A DNA stretch of 64,000 nucleotides from positions 31,824 to 95,823 of the forward strand of contig DFQY01000053.1 of the NCBI GenBank assembly GCA_002378005.1, given 5' to 3'. The translations under genes were made by a program, and so were the position numbers. Below the pieces are notes generated by a model. That model saw nothing but the letters and a program-made list of their open reading frames with translations, searched no databases and was not told where the DNA came from. Shown here in pieces: positions 12,816 to 21,907 of the stretch (its first letter is position 1; every line of letters starts with the position of its first letter). The stretch comes from Flavobacteriales bacterium UBA3477. Lineage in GTDB: Bacteria > Bacteroidota > Bacteroidia > Flavobacteriales > Schleiferiaceae.

Positions 12816-13155
12816 TGTAAGGACCAAAGTAACCCTTTTTGAAATGGCTTTTTAGTGGTGAGAAATGCCCTGAGCGCACTATTTATGCACAATAGGGCTG
12901 AGTATCAGTAATTTATACCTAAAATTTTTAGCCAATTATTTAAATAACTGATTTACAGTAATATAGCCCGCCCCTTAGCAAAAACTTTTTATTAACACAA
13001 CCCTCAAAAAATTTTTTTAAAAGGGAATTTATAAACACATTTGTAATGCAAGTCATGGAGGCCTCACTCACCGCCATTTTTGCCGCCCAGATAGATTTTT
13101 GTTTAATCAATGACTAACGGAGGAATGAACAGCCTCCGATAAGAGATTTTTGACC
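12816..13155. promoter_or_regulatory. dnaA upstream region: dnaA and thioesterase promoters and a weak oriC candidate
   Basis: Largest non-coding gap in the window (340 nt) and AT-rich (e.g. 12922..12966). It has three same-strand degenerate DnaA-box-like 9-mers: TTATGCACA 12883..12891 (1 mismatch to TTATCCACA), TTATTAACA 12989..12997 and TTATAAACA 13029..13037 (2 mismatches each). There is a near -7 box TAGATTTT at 13091. Confidence 0.35.
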
Positions 13156-14589
13156 ATGGATAAAAGCGTTAACGCTGTTTGGAAACACACCCTCCAATTC
13201 ATTAATGATAACGTAGATGAACAATGTTTTGCAACTTGGTTTGAACCGATCAAACCACTCAAGATTCAAGGGAACGTATTAACTGTTCAGGTTCCCTCTA
13301 AGTTCTTCTATGAATACCTGGAGGAAAATTACATTCATCTGCTTAAATCAGCCATTACCAAGTGCATGGGCGATAATGCAAAATTGGTATACAGCATTGT
13401 GTTGGAGAATGCTTATGACAATGCCACTCCTCCTACTATGAAGTTGCCTAGTGCAGGCCGCAAAAAGCTTAGTCCTCAATCTGTCAATATGCCAATGAAG
13501 ATCGGCAATGATAAGGGTATCAAGAATCCTTTCGTTATTCCTGGACTTCAGAAATTAAATATTGATAGTCAGCTAAATCCGAGTTACAACTTTGATAATT
13601 TCATCGAAGGCGATTGCAACCGTCTGGCTCGAAGTGCAGGATTCGCAGTATCAAAAAATCCAGGTGGTACATCTTTCAATCCGTTGATGCTTTACGGCGG
13701 TGTCGGTTTAGGTAAAACCCACCTTGCACATGCTATAGGTGTTGAAATAAAGGACAATTACCCAGAGAAAACTGTATTATATGTAAGCGCAGAGAAGTTT
13801 ACTCAGCAATTCATTGATAGCATTAGAAATAACACCAAGAACGATTTTGTTCACTTCTATCAAATGATCGATGTGTTGCTCATTGACGATGTGCAAAGCT
13901 TCTCCGGTAAGGAAAAAACTCAGGATGTATTCTTTGAGATATTCAATCACTTGCACCAGAACGGCAATCAAATCATCTTGACTTCTGATAGGGCTCCTGT
14001 TGAGCTTCAAGGTATGGAGCAGCGCTTGTTGAGCCGCTTCAAGTGGGGCTTGAGTGCAGATTTACAAAAGCCAGATCTTGAGACGCGTGTAGCTATTCTT
14101 GTAAAGAAACTTTACAACGACGGTATTGAGATTGACCAAGAGATAATAGAGTACATTGCCTATGCCATTAATTCAAACATCCGCGAATTAGAGGGTGCGC
14201 TAATCTCTATTCTTGCACAAAGCAGCTTAAACAAAAGGCAAATCACCATGGAACTTGTGAAATCTATGGTAGATAAGTTCGTCAAGAGCACCACACGAGA
14301 GATTTCTGTAGATTTTATCCAAAAAGTAGTCTGTGATTACTTCGATATGCCACTTGAATTGCTGAAAAGTAAGACACGTAAACGTGAAATTGTACAGGCC
14401 CGACAGCTATCTATGTACTTCTCTAAGCAGCTGACTAAGAATAGTTTAGCTTCAATCGGCCAGCAATGCGGAAATAAGGATCATGCTACGGTACTTCACG
14501 CATGTAGAACAGTAAATAACCTACGAGAAACAGACAAGCGTTTCAGAACCTATGTTGAGGAACTGCAGAAACGATTGACTTTATCGTAA
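13156..14589 (+). CDS. dnaA: Chromosomal replication initiator protein DnaA
   Basis: Walker A GGVGLGKTHLAHAIG, Walker B LLIDDVQSF and the C-terminal DNA-binding helix HATVLHACRTV. I use the ATG at 13156 (MDKSVNAVW...); the track starts at the TTG at 13150. Confidence 0.96.
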   Translation: MDKSVNAVWKHTLQFINDNVDEQCFATWFEPIKPLKIQGNVLTVQVPSKFFYEYLEENYIHLLKSAITKCMGDNAKLVYSIVLENAYDNATPPTMKLPSAGRKKLSPQSVNMPMKIGNDKGIKNPFVIPGLQKLNIDSQLNPSYNFDNFIEGDCNRLARSAGFAVSKNPGGTSFNPLMLYGGVGLGKTHLAHAIGVEIKDNYPEKTVLYVSAEKFTQQFIDSIRNNTKNDFVHFYQMIDVLLIDDVQSFSGKEKTQDVFFEIFNHLHQNGNQIILTSDRAPVELQGMEQRLLSRFKWGLSADLQKPDLETRVAILVKKLYNDGIEIDQEIIEYIAYAINSNIRELEGALISILAQSSLNKRQITMELVKSMVDKFVKSTTREISVDFIQKVVCDYFDMPLELLKSKTRKREIVQARQLSMYFSKQLTKNSLASIGQQCGNKDHATVLHACRTVNNLRETDKRFRTYVEELQKRLTLS

Positions 14590-14613
14590 TGAAATACGAG
14601 CGAATGCTATTTA

Positions 14614-14648
14614 GAGTCAGTATCTTCGGATACTGACTCTTTTTTATT
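14614..14648 (+). terminator. Rho-independent terminator after dnaA
   Basis: 11-bp perfect stem GAGTCAGTATC / GATACTGACTC with a TTCG loop, followed by TTTTTTATT. Confidence 0.7.
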
Positions 14649-15095
14649 ATGAAAATACTAATGGTTTGTCTCGGAAATATATGCCGATCTCCCCTCGCCC
14701 ATGGCATTTTAGAATCTAAACTTCCAAAAGGCTGGAGCGTAGATTCTGCTGGTACTTCAGGTTGGCATGAAGGAGAGCGTCCTGACACTAGATCGATTCT
14801 CGAGGCCAAAAAGCACAATATCAACATCGACCATCAACGTTCCCGTCCCGTGCTTGAACAAGATTTCTACGAGTTCGATATTCTTTTCGCCATGGATTCT
14901 TCTAACTACACGAACATGTGTAATATGGCCCCGGAAGAGGGATTGAAAAGCAAGGTTAGGTTGATTATGAACGAGGTAGAACCTGGCAAAAATATACAAG
15001 TACCCGACCCTTACACTGGAGGCCAGAGTGGATTTGCTCACGTGTTTGGAATGTTGGATGGGGCTATTGATGCCTTCTTAGAAAAGAACTCATGA
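14649..15095 (+). CDS. Low-molecular-weight protein-tyrosine phosphatase / arsenate-reductase-fold phosphatase
   Basis: 148 aa with the P-loop MVCLGNICRSPLAHG (C-x5-R-S) and the DP motif (VPDPY). Confidence 0.85.
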   Translation: MKILMVCLGNICRSPLAHGILESKLPKGWSVDSAGTSGWHEGERPDTRSILEAKKHNINIDHQRSRPVLEQDFYEFDILFAMDSSNYTNMCNMAPEEGLKSKVRLIMNEVEPGKNIQVPDPYTGGQSGFAHVFGMLDGAIDAFLEKNS

Positions 15096-15790
15096 AAGGA
15101 ACTATATATTTAATACCCAATACTTTGGGGCCTACATCTGGCGATAAGGTTTTACCTGTCGATGTACAACAAATGTTGGGTAGTTTGACGTATTTCATCG
15201 TTGAAAATGAACGTACAGCTCGTGCTTTCATTAAAAGCATACATCCGGATAAAAATCAACAAGAACTTAGGTTCGAGATCATTGATAAACAAACCGATCC
15301 CTTAGACCTACCCTTATTTTTAAAACCTGTGGAACAAGGTCAGGATGTCGGTATTATTTCCGAAGCGGGAGTGCCCTGTGTGGCAGATCCGGGTTCAGAA
15401 ATTGTCAGCATTGCACATAGAAAGGGTTTGCGTGTTGTTCCTATGGTCGGCCCCTCCTCTATCTTGTTGGCTTTGATGGCAAGTGGTTTCAACGGACAAC
15501 AATTTACGTTTAGAGGATACCTGCCTTTTGATAAGCCTATTAGAAAGCGAGTGTTTCAGGCCATGATCAAAGATTGTAGAGATGGTATTACTCAGATTTT
15601 CATGGAAACGCCTTACCGCAATAATAAGCTGCTAGAAGAATTGGCCTCAACTTTACATCCTGAGACTAAGCTTTGTATCGCTGCAGACATTACCTTAGAT
15701 ACTGAATTTATTGCCACTAAGACCATTTCACAATGGAAAAGTGAGCGCATCGATTTGCACAAAAGGCCTACGATATTTTTAATTGACTAA
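15092..15790 (+). CDS. SAM-dependent methyltransferase, tetrapyrrole-methylase (RsmI-like) fold
   Basis: 232 aa with GIISEAGVPCVADPGSEIV, which resembles RsmI/TP_methylase motifs. It overlaps the upstream gene by 4 nt. Confidence 0.68.
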   Translation: MKGTIYLIPNTLGPTSGDKVLPVDVQQMLGSLTYFIVENERTARAFIKSIHPDKNQQELRFEIIDKQTDPLDLPLFLKPVEQGQDVGIISEAGVPCVADPGSEIVSIAHRKGLRVVPMVGPSSILLALMASGFNGQQFTFRGYLPFDKPIRKRVFQAMIKDCRDGITQIFMETPYRNNKLLEELASTLHPETKLCIAADITLDTEFIATKTISQWKSERIDLHKRPTIFLID

Positions 15791-15793
15791 ACA

Positions 15794-18001
15794 ATGACCG
15801 CGAACGAGGAAAGAGATTACGATTTGGTGGAAGGCGCCTTTCAGGATTTGCTCAATAGCATTGAGTATAAGACTGAGGAAGCGGATAACCAGCTCATCAC
15901 TCGTGCGTTTCAATTGGCGAAAGATGCACACAAAGGGGTGCACAGAAAATCAGGTGAACCGTATATCACTCATCCTATCTCAGTAGCACAGATTGTGGCT
16001 ACGGAAATTGGTCTTGGACCTACGAGCATCGCGACGGCTCTCATGCACGATGTGGTAGAGGATTCAGATTACACCTTGGAAGATATCGAGAATATGTTTA
16101 ATCCGAATATTGCTCGGTTGATTGACGGTTTGACGAAAATCTCAGGTGTGGTAAGTATAGAAAGTAGCATGCAGTTGGAGAATTACCGTAAAATGCTGTT
16201 GACCATATCAGATGATGTGCGTGTCATTCTGATCAAGCTTGCTGATCGTTTGCACAACATGCGTACGATGCAAGGAATGCCTGCCCACAAGCAGTTAAAA
16301 ATTGCCTCGGAAACATTGTTTATTTATGCCCCTCTTGCCCATCGTTTAGGGCTATTCCGCATTAAAACTGAATTAGAAGATATAAGCCTGAAATACACAG
16401 AACCTGAGATGTTTGAGGACCTTTCCAATAAAATGGAAGAGTTGGTCAATAGAGATTTCGAGTATTTAAACAAGTTTACTCGCACTATCAGCGGTGAGTT
16501 GAAAAAAGCCGGCTTGAAGTTCGAGGTAAAGAAGCGAACAAAGAGCATTTTTTCCATTCGTCGTAAAATGCGGAACCAACAGGTTTCATTCGAAGAAGTA
16601 TATGATAAATATGCCGTTAGGATCATTCTGGATTCAAAATTTGCGAATGAAAAATCCGATTGTTGGAAGGCCTATTCAGTGATTACAGAAAACTATAGCC
16701 CAAACCCAAACCGATTGAGAGATTGGATTTCCTCGCCCAAAAGCAATGGGTATGAAAGTCTACATTCCACAGTAATGGGCCCTGAGGGCCACTGGGTGGA
16801 GGTTCAAATTCGTACCAAACGTATGGATGATATCGCTGAGAACGGTTTTGCAGCGCACTGGAAATACAAGGAGGATAGTTCAGGTAGTAATCAGCTTGAT
16901 GCTTGGTTGCGCAGAATTCGTGAGTTCTTGGATAACCCCGATAACGATAGCGAAGATTTTATTGATAGTTTCAAGATGAACCTCTTCTCTTCTGAAATTT
17001 TCGTCTTCACCCCTCGAGGTGAGATGGTCACTTTACCTAAAGGAGCGACAGCCTTAGATTTCGCCTTTGATGTACACAGTGAGGTTGGTGCCCATTGTTT
17101 GGGAACGAAGGTCAATGGAAAATTGGTCCCACTAAGTTCTCCTCTGAAATCTGGTGATCAGATTGAAGTCTTAACATCCTTGAAACAAGAGCCAAAGGAA
17201 GATTGGCTAAGTTTTGTTAAAACGGGTAAGGCTAAGCAGCGTATTCGTCAAAGCTTAAAGAAGGAAAAGCAATTGATTACTGGCCAAGGACAAATGACCT
17301 TGGAGCGTAAACTCAAAGTGCTCAAGCTAAAGGCTACGCACAGCAACATTCAGAAGCTTGTAAATTATTTCGGATTGAAGAATCCAGACGAATTATTTTT
17401 CAAGGTTGGGTTGGGTGTCATCGATAATAAGAAGCTGCGTGAATATGCGAGAGAGACGGCGGGTCTTGTCAACTACTTCAAGAGAAGAATAGTAAAGAGT
17501 TCCTACGCCAAGCAAAAGCCGCTTTCTAAAGAGGCGAAGAAGGACTTGATGCTCGTTTTTGGTACCGACGAGCACGAAATGGAATATACATTAGCCAAAT
17601 GCTGCAATCCTATACCTGGTGATCGTGTATTTGGTTTTGTGACCACTGCTGAAGGATTAAAAGTTCATAGGGATGATTGCCCAAATGCGGTGTTGTTACA
17701 AAGTCGTTTTGCGAATAGAACACTTAAAGCAACGTGGATTGATAAAAAAGGATCGTTCGCGACCATCAACCTACTCATTGAAGGAATGGATAGAATGGGA
17801 TTAGTAAATGACGTTACGAAAGTCATTTCAAGCGAGCTTAGTTTGAATATTAAAGCTATTTCTTTTGCCGTTGACGATGGGTTATTCTCAGGGCAAGTAA
17901 CCATAGAAGTCGCGGATAAAGTGGCTTTGACGGATACAATCACGAATATTAAACAATTAGAGGGTATTAGTACTGTCTCTAGGGTAGGTAAATTCGGCTG
18001 A
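15794..18001 (+). CDS. Bifunctional (p)ppGpp synthetase/hydrolase (RelA/SpoT homologue)
   Basis: 735 aa with the HD hydrolase motif [16 protein letters not shown], synthetase motifs [12 protein letters not shown] and YESLHSTV, a TGS domain ([24 protein letters not shown]) and a C-terminal ACT-like domain. Confidence 0.92.
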   Translation: MTANEERDYDLVEGAFQDLLNSIEYKTEEADNQLITRAFQLAKDAHKGVHRKSGEPYITHPISVAQIVATEIGLGPTSIATALMHDVVEDSDYTLEDIENMFNPNIARLIDGLTKISGVVSIESSMQLENYRKMLLTISDDVRVILIKLADRLHNMRTMQGMPAHKQLKIASETLFIYAPLAHRLGLFRIKTELEDISLKYTEPEMFEDLSNKMEELVNRDFEYLNKFTRTISGELKKAGLKFEVKKRTKSIFSIRRKMRNQQVSFEEVYDKYAVRIILDSKFANEKSDCWKAYSVITENYSPNPNRLRDWISSPKSNGYESLHSTVMGPEGHWVEVQIRTKRMDDIAENGFAAHWKYKEDSSGSNQLDAWLRRIREFLDNPDNDSEDFIDSFKMNLFSSEIFVFTPRGEMVTLPKGATALDFAFDVHSEVGAHCLGTKVNGKLVPLSSPLKSGDQIEVLTSLKQEPKEDWLSFVKTGKAKQRIRQSLKKEKQLITGQGQMTLERKLKVLKLKATHSNIQKLVNYFGLKNPDELFFKVGLGVIDNKKLREYARETAGLVNYFKRRIVKSSYAKQKPLSKEAKKDLMLVFGTDEHEMEYTLAKCCNPIPGDRVFGFVTTAEGLKVHRDDCPNAVLLQSRFANRTLKATWIDKKGSFATINLLIEGMDRMGLVNDVTKVISSELSLNIKAISFAVDDGLFSGQVTIEVADKVALTDTITNIKQLEGISTVSRVGKFG

Positions 18002-18029
18002 TTCAACGTATTTTAGCGCTTTAATTCTC

Positions 18030-18479
18030 ATGGGTACAAAGGAGGCATACGAGAAGGTTAAAGAAGTGTTCGGTCGCTACTTGGAAGAAAACAACCAAAG
18101 AAAGACTCCGGAACGCTTTGCAATATTGAAAGAGGTCTACGAAAACGAAGATCATTTCGATGTAGAAACTTTGTACCTCAATATGAAAAACAAGAATTAC
18201 CGCGTTTCTCGTGCCACATTGTACAATACCATCGAATTATTGATCACTTGTGGCTTGGTTCGCAAACATCAGTTCGGACAGAACCAGAGCTTTTACGAGA
18301 AATCATATTTCAACAAACAACACGATCATGTGATTCTAACGGATACCGGTGAGGTATTCGAATTTTGTGATCCCAGGATTCAAAACATTAAACAAACGAT
18401 TGAAGATTTGTTCGGTGTAGATGTGGAAAGCCATAGCTTGTACTTCTACGCTAAGCGAAAACCTTCTAACAACAACTAA
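18030..18479 (+). CDS. Fur-family transcriptional regulator
   Basis: 149 aa with a winged-helix region [29 protein letters not shown]. Size and placement between relA/spoT and purA fit recalled Flavobacteriia synteny. Confidence 0.7.
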   Translation: MGTKEAYEKVKEVFGRYLEENNQRKTPERFAILKEVYENEDHFDVETLYLNMKNKNYRVSRATLYNTIELLITCGLVRKHQFGQNQSFYEKSYFNKQHDHVILTDTGEVFEFCDPRIQNIKQTIEDLFGVDVESHSLYFYAKRKPSNNN

Positions 18480-18481
18480 AT

Positions 18482-19753
18482 ATGGCTGTAGATGTGCTGC
18501 TAGGACTCCAATGGGGTGATGAAGGCAAGGGTAAAATTGTTGATGTACTAACCAAAGAGTACGATATCATTGCACGATTCCAAGGAGGTCCCAATGCTGG
18601 GCATACATTGGAGTTTGAAGGTAAGAAGCATGTTCTTCACACTATTCCTTCTGGTGTTTTCCACCACGATGTAATGAATGTGGTAGGTAATGGTGTAGTG
18701 ATCGACCCAGTGATCTTCAAGGGTGAGTTGGATAAACTCATGGCTCAAGAGCCAGATGTATCGAAGCGTTTGAAAATTTCTCGCAAGGCACATTTGATTT
18801 TGCCTACGCACAGATTATTGGATGCGGCCAGCGAAAGTGCCAAAGGCAAAAAGAAGATTGGTTCTACGTTGAAGGGAATTGGCCCTACATACATGGACAA
18901 GACTGGTAGAAATGGTCTGCGTGTAGGAGATATTCAACTAGATAACTTCCAAGAACTCTACGACCAACTAGTCACCAAGCACAAACAACTGCTGAGTGGC
19001 TATGCTGATTTTGAGTACAATCTCGATGAACTAGAGCCTATTTGGTTTGCAGCTATTGAATACCTGCGTTCATTAGATATCATTGATAGTGAGCCTTATT
19101 TTCACACCAACTTGGCAGCTGGAAAAACCATCTTGGCTGAAGGTGCACAAGGCACACTGTTGGACATTGATTTTGGTAGCTATCCATTCGTAACCTCATC
19201 CAACACCACATGTGCCGGTGCTTGTACGGGTATGGGTATCGCTCCGAATACGATCAAAAACGTATATGGGATTTTCAAGGCTTATTGTACACGAGTCGGA
19301 AGTGGACCTTTCCCTACCGAATTGTTCGATACTACAGGCGAGACCATTCAAGCAAACGGTCGCGAATTCGGTGCAACCACCGGTCGTCCGCGTCGTTGTG
19401 GTTGGTTAGATTTACCTGCTTTGAAATACGCTATCAACATTAATGGCGTTACAGAGTTAATGATGATGAAAGCTGATGTGCTATCGGGAATAGGCAACTT
19501 GAAGATTTGTACCGCCTATAAGTACAATGGTGAGGTCATTGATCACCTTCCCTACAAGCTTCAGGATGATTTGATTGAGCCAATTTTCACAGAAGTTCCA
19601 GGCTGGGATGAAGATTTGATGCAAATGACCAGCGAGGATGAATTCCCTCAAACGTTCAAGTCGTACATCGCCTTCGTTGAAAAGGAAGTAGGCGTGCCTA
19701 TTACCTTAGTGAGTGTAGGTCCAGATCGCGCTCAAACAATTCTTAGAAAGTAA
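18482..19753 (+). CDS. purA: Adenylosuccinate synthase
   Basis: 423 aa with the GTP-binding P-loop GLQWGDEGKGKIVD and a family-typical sequence throughout. Confidence 0.96.
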   Translation: MAVDVLLGLQWGDEGKGKIVDVLTKEYDIIARFQGGPNAGHTLEFEGKKHVLHTIPSGVFHHDVMNVVGNGVVIDPVIFKGELDKLMAQEPDVSKRLKISRKAHLILPTHRLLDAASESAKGKKKIGSTLKGIGPTYMDKTGRNGLRVGDIQLDNFQELYDQLVTKHKQLLSGYADFEYNLDELEPIWFAAIEYLRSLDIIDSEPYFHTNLAAGKTILAEGAQGTLLDIDFGSYPFVTSSNTTCAGACTGMGIAPNTIKNVYGIFKAYCTRVGSGPFPTELFDTTGETIQANGREFGATTGRPRRCGWLDLPALKYAININGVTELMMMKADVLSGIGNLKICTAYKYNGEVIDHLPYKLQDDLIEPIFTEVPGWDEDLMQMTSEDEFPQTFKSYIAFVEKEVGVPITLVSVGPDRAQTILRK

Positions 19754-21258
19754 TGAGAAAGGCCATACAACTTTGTGTGGCCCTTTTTTTCTCAACCGTA
19801 ACCATCGGTTGGGGGCAAACAAAAATTCAAATTCTCAGTAGTGATATCACTGATATTACCAAAGGTAAATTCAATTCTAGAACCTACTACTTGAGAGGTA
19901 ATGTCGGATTAAAGCAAGATGTAGCTTATATGTACTGTGATTCAGCGGTACTTAGGCAGCCTGAGAATACATTTGAAGCCTACGGAAATGTTCGTATCAT
20001 TCAATCCGACACAGTTCGTATAAATGGTAAGGAGCTTTTTTATTTAGGTGATCAGCGAGTGTTTACCATTAAAAAGGATGTTGTGTTAAAAACACCATCC
20101 TCTCGATTAGCAACTACTGTTCTTCGATATGATCGAAACAATGCGACCGCATACTATTTGACGCGTTCTACTTTAGAGCGTAAAACTCTGAGATTAACCT
20201 CTGATGTTGGAAGCTACAATACGGACATAGACCTGGTAAAACTGCGTGGTGATGTAGTGGCCGTTGATTCTTCATTCATGATGAATACGGACACCTTGTT
20301 GTATTATCCAAAACGGAATGTGTACGATTTTGCAGGGCCCACTACAATGGTCCGGGATAGCACAACATTGTATTGTCAACAAGGTACTTATAAAGCGGAT
20401 CAAACGCTCTTACGTCTTCAAGGCGGTGCCTCCATGATTTCTCCAGGTCAATTCATCAAAGCCTCGACCCTCGCCTATAATCTCAAAGCAAATAGTGGAG
20501 AACTTCAAGGCCAAGGCCTCGTAGCCGATACGGCCCAAGGCTTTGTGTTGGAAGGCGAATACATTAAATATATTAAGTCACCTGTTTTCGTCGATGCACA
20601 CTTCCCTGTGTATTATCGTCAAGAGATGGATGGGGATACCCTGTATTCCAAGGGCGATACATTACACATCCGAGAAGATTCCTTGGGGTATAAAAACGTA
20701 GTGTTGAGAAATAACACACAATTCTTTAGTTCTGATTTTCAAGGAATTAGTCCAAATTTTAATTACAACGAAGGCAAGGAAGAATTGGCCCTATACCCCT
20801 CTCCTACACTTTGGAGCGACAAGAACCAATTCGCTTCAGACTCCGCTGCCTTAAAACTCAAAGAGGACCGCCTCGATAGCTTGTTTATGGTAGGGCTAGT
20901 TCGTATTGCAAGCCAAACGGATGATTCCATCTACTTCGACCAAACCATAGGAAAATTCTTACGGGGGAATTTTAATGAGGGCCAGCTAAAAACTATTCGA
21001 CTCGACGGAAATGCACAGAATTACCTGCATAATGTAAGTAATGGAGAAGCCATTGGCTTGAACAACAGTACTTGTTCTTGGCTTCAACTCAATTTCGAGG
21101 AAGGTACGGTCAGCCGTATACGAATGGCCAAAGATGTTCAAGCTACCTATAGACCTATTGAGGATGGAGGGCCCCAGTGGTTAGAAGGTTGCAAGCCAAA
21201 CTTTAATCTACGACCCGAAAAAGCAATCCTTAGGCCTCAAGATGCTTTTCTAAAATAG
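19753..21258 (+). CDS. Exported OstA-like (LptA/LptD-N-like beta-jellyroll repeat) protein
   Basis: 501 aa with a signal peptide (MRKAIQLCVALFFSTVTIGWGQ) and beta-rich repeats (e.g. AYGNVRIIQSD, LRGDVVAVDS). The family assignment is from memory of similar Flavobacteriia proteins. Confidence 0.45.
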   Translation: MRKAIQLCVALFFSTVTIGWGQTKIQILSSDITDITKGKFNSRTYYLRGNVGLKQDVAYMYCDSAVLRQPENTFEAYGNVRIIQSDTVRINGKELFYLGDQRVFTIKKDVVLKTPSSRLATTVLRYDRNNATAYYLTRSTLERKTLRLTSDVGSYNTDIDLVKLRGDVVAVDSSFMMNTDTLLYYPKRNVYDFAGPTTMVRDSTTLYCQQGTYKADQTLLRLQGGASMISPGQFIKASTLAYNLKANSGELQGQGLVADTAQGFVLEGEYIKYIKSPVFVDAHFPVYYRQEMDGDTLYSKGDTLHIREDSLGYKNVVLRNNTQFFSSDFQGISPNFNYNEGKEELALYPSPTLWSDKNQFASDSAALKLKEDRLDSLFMVGLVRIASQTDDSIYFDQTIGKFLRGNFNEGQLKTIRLDGNAQNYLHNVSNGEAIGLNNSTCSWLQLNFEEGTVSRIRMAKDVQATYRPIEDGGPQWLEGCKPNFNLRPEKAILRPQDAFLK

Positions 21259-21628
21259 CGCCAATATTTGGTCTGAAATAGTTAGGCCCTTTCATCACCT
21301 TTCCATCCTCTCTGTAGATCGGCTTTCCGTCCGCCCCTAGTTTACTCATGTTGCTGGCTTGAATTTCTTCGAAGATCTCTTCAATGATGTGCTGCATGCC
21401 GTGGCTTAGAATGGTGCCACATAAAATGTACATCATATCCCCTAGTGCATCTGCGACTTCCACCGCATCGCCGGCCAATGCCGCTTCTAAATACTCTTCA
21501 TTTTCTTCCGCCATTAATTTGTGTCTCAAGGCTATAGTATCCTCACCTACACGTGCTGCTGGTTGGTATTTATTAGTAATTCCAAACGTATCATGGAATT
21601 TTTCGACATGGTCCAATTGTTTCTTCAT
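21230..21628 (-). CDS. MazG-like nucleoside triphosphate pyrophosphohydrolase family protein
   Basis: 132 aa, all-alpha, with the acidic motif EEYLEAALAGDAVEVADALGDMMY (EExxE...D pattern). Its 3' end overlaps the convergent OstA-like gene by 29 nt. Confidence 0.7.
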   Translation of the reverse strand: MKKQLDHVEKFHDTFGITNKYQPAARVGEDTIALRHKLMAEENEEYLEAALAGDAVEVADALGDMMYILCGTILSHGMQHIIEEIFEEIQASNMSKLGADGKPIYREDGKVMKGPNYFRPNIGAILEKHLEA

Positions 21629-21668
21629 GAGTGCCTTAAAATGATTGAATGAGATGTAAATTTACAAC

Positions 21669-21860
21669 ATGGAAAACATTACCACAGGACATTGGATTTT
21701 CGCAGGAATATTTGCTGTTGCCTTTTTATCCTACCTCACCTATAGTTACAGAAAAGACCTTAGACTTCACAAAGTTCATTACAGCGGTGGCGGAATTCAA
21801 GTCATGTTGCTGATCGTGATCACATTGTTCGTACTCTTCGTCTTCAAGCGAATCGTGTAG
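21669..21860 (+). CDS. Small two-TM membrane protein, hypothetical
   Basis: 63 aa with two clear hydrophobic helices (HWIFAGIFAVAFLSYLTY and VMLLIVITLFVLFVF) and a basic loop. It fills an otherwise empty gap. Confidence 0.4.
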   Translation: MENITTGHWIFAGIFAVAFLSYLTYSYRKDLRLHKVHYSGGGIQVMLLIVITLFVLFVFKRIV

Positions 21861-21874
21861 GGGCCTTTCTGTCG

Positions 21875-21882
21875 TATATTTG
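21875..21882 (+). promoter_or_regulatory. Candidate Bacteroidota -7 promoter box for the E1 dehydrogenase gene
   Basis: Exact TAnnTTTG match (TATATTTG) 26 nt upstream of the ATG at 21908. I found no convincing -33 TTTG. Confidence 0.3.
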
Positions 21883-21907
21883 TGAGGACTAATGTCAAAC
21901 CTATCAC

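Noticed and set aside
13055-13117. 20-codon ORF (MEASLTAIFAAQIDFCLIND) in the dnaA upstream region
   Set aside because: It is too short to support from sequence alone and has no recognisable ribosome-binding context. It is mentioned only in relation to the adjacent hairpin.
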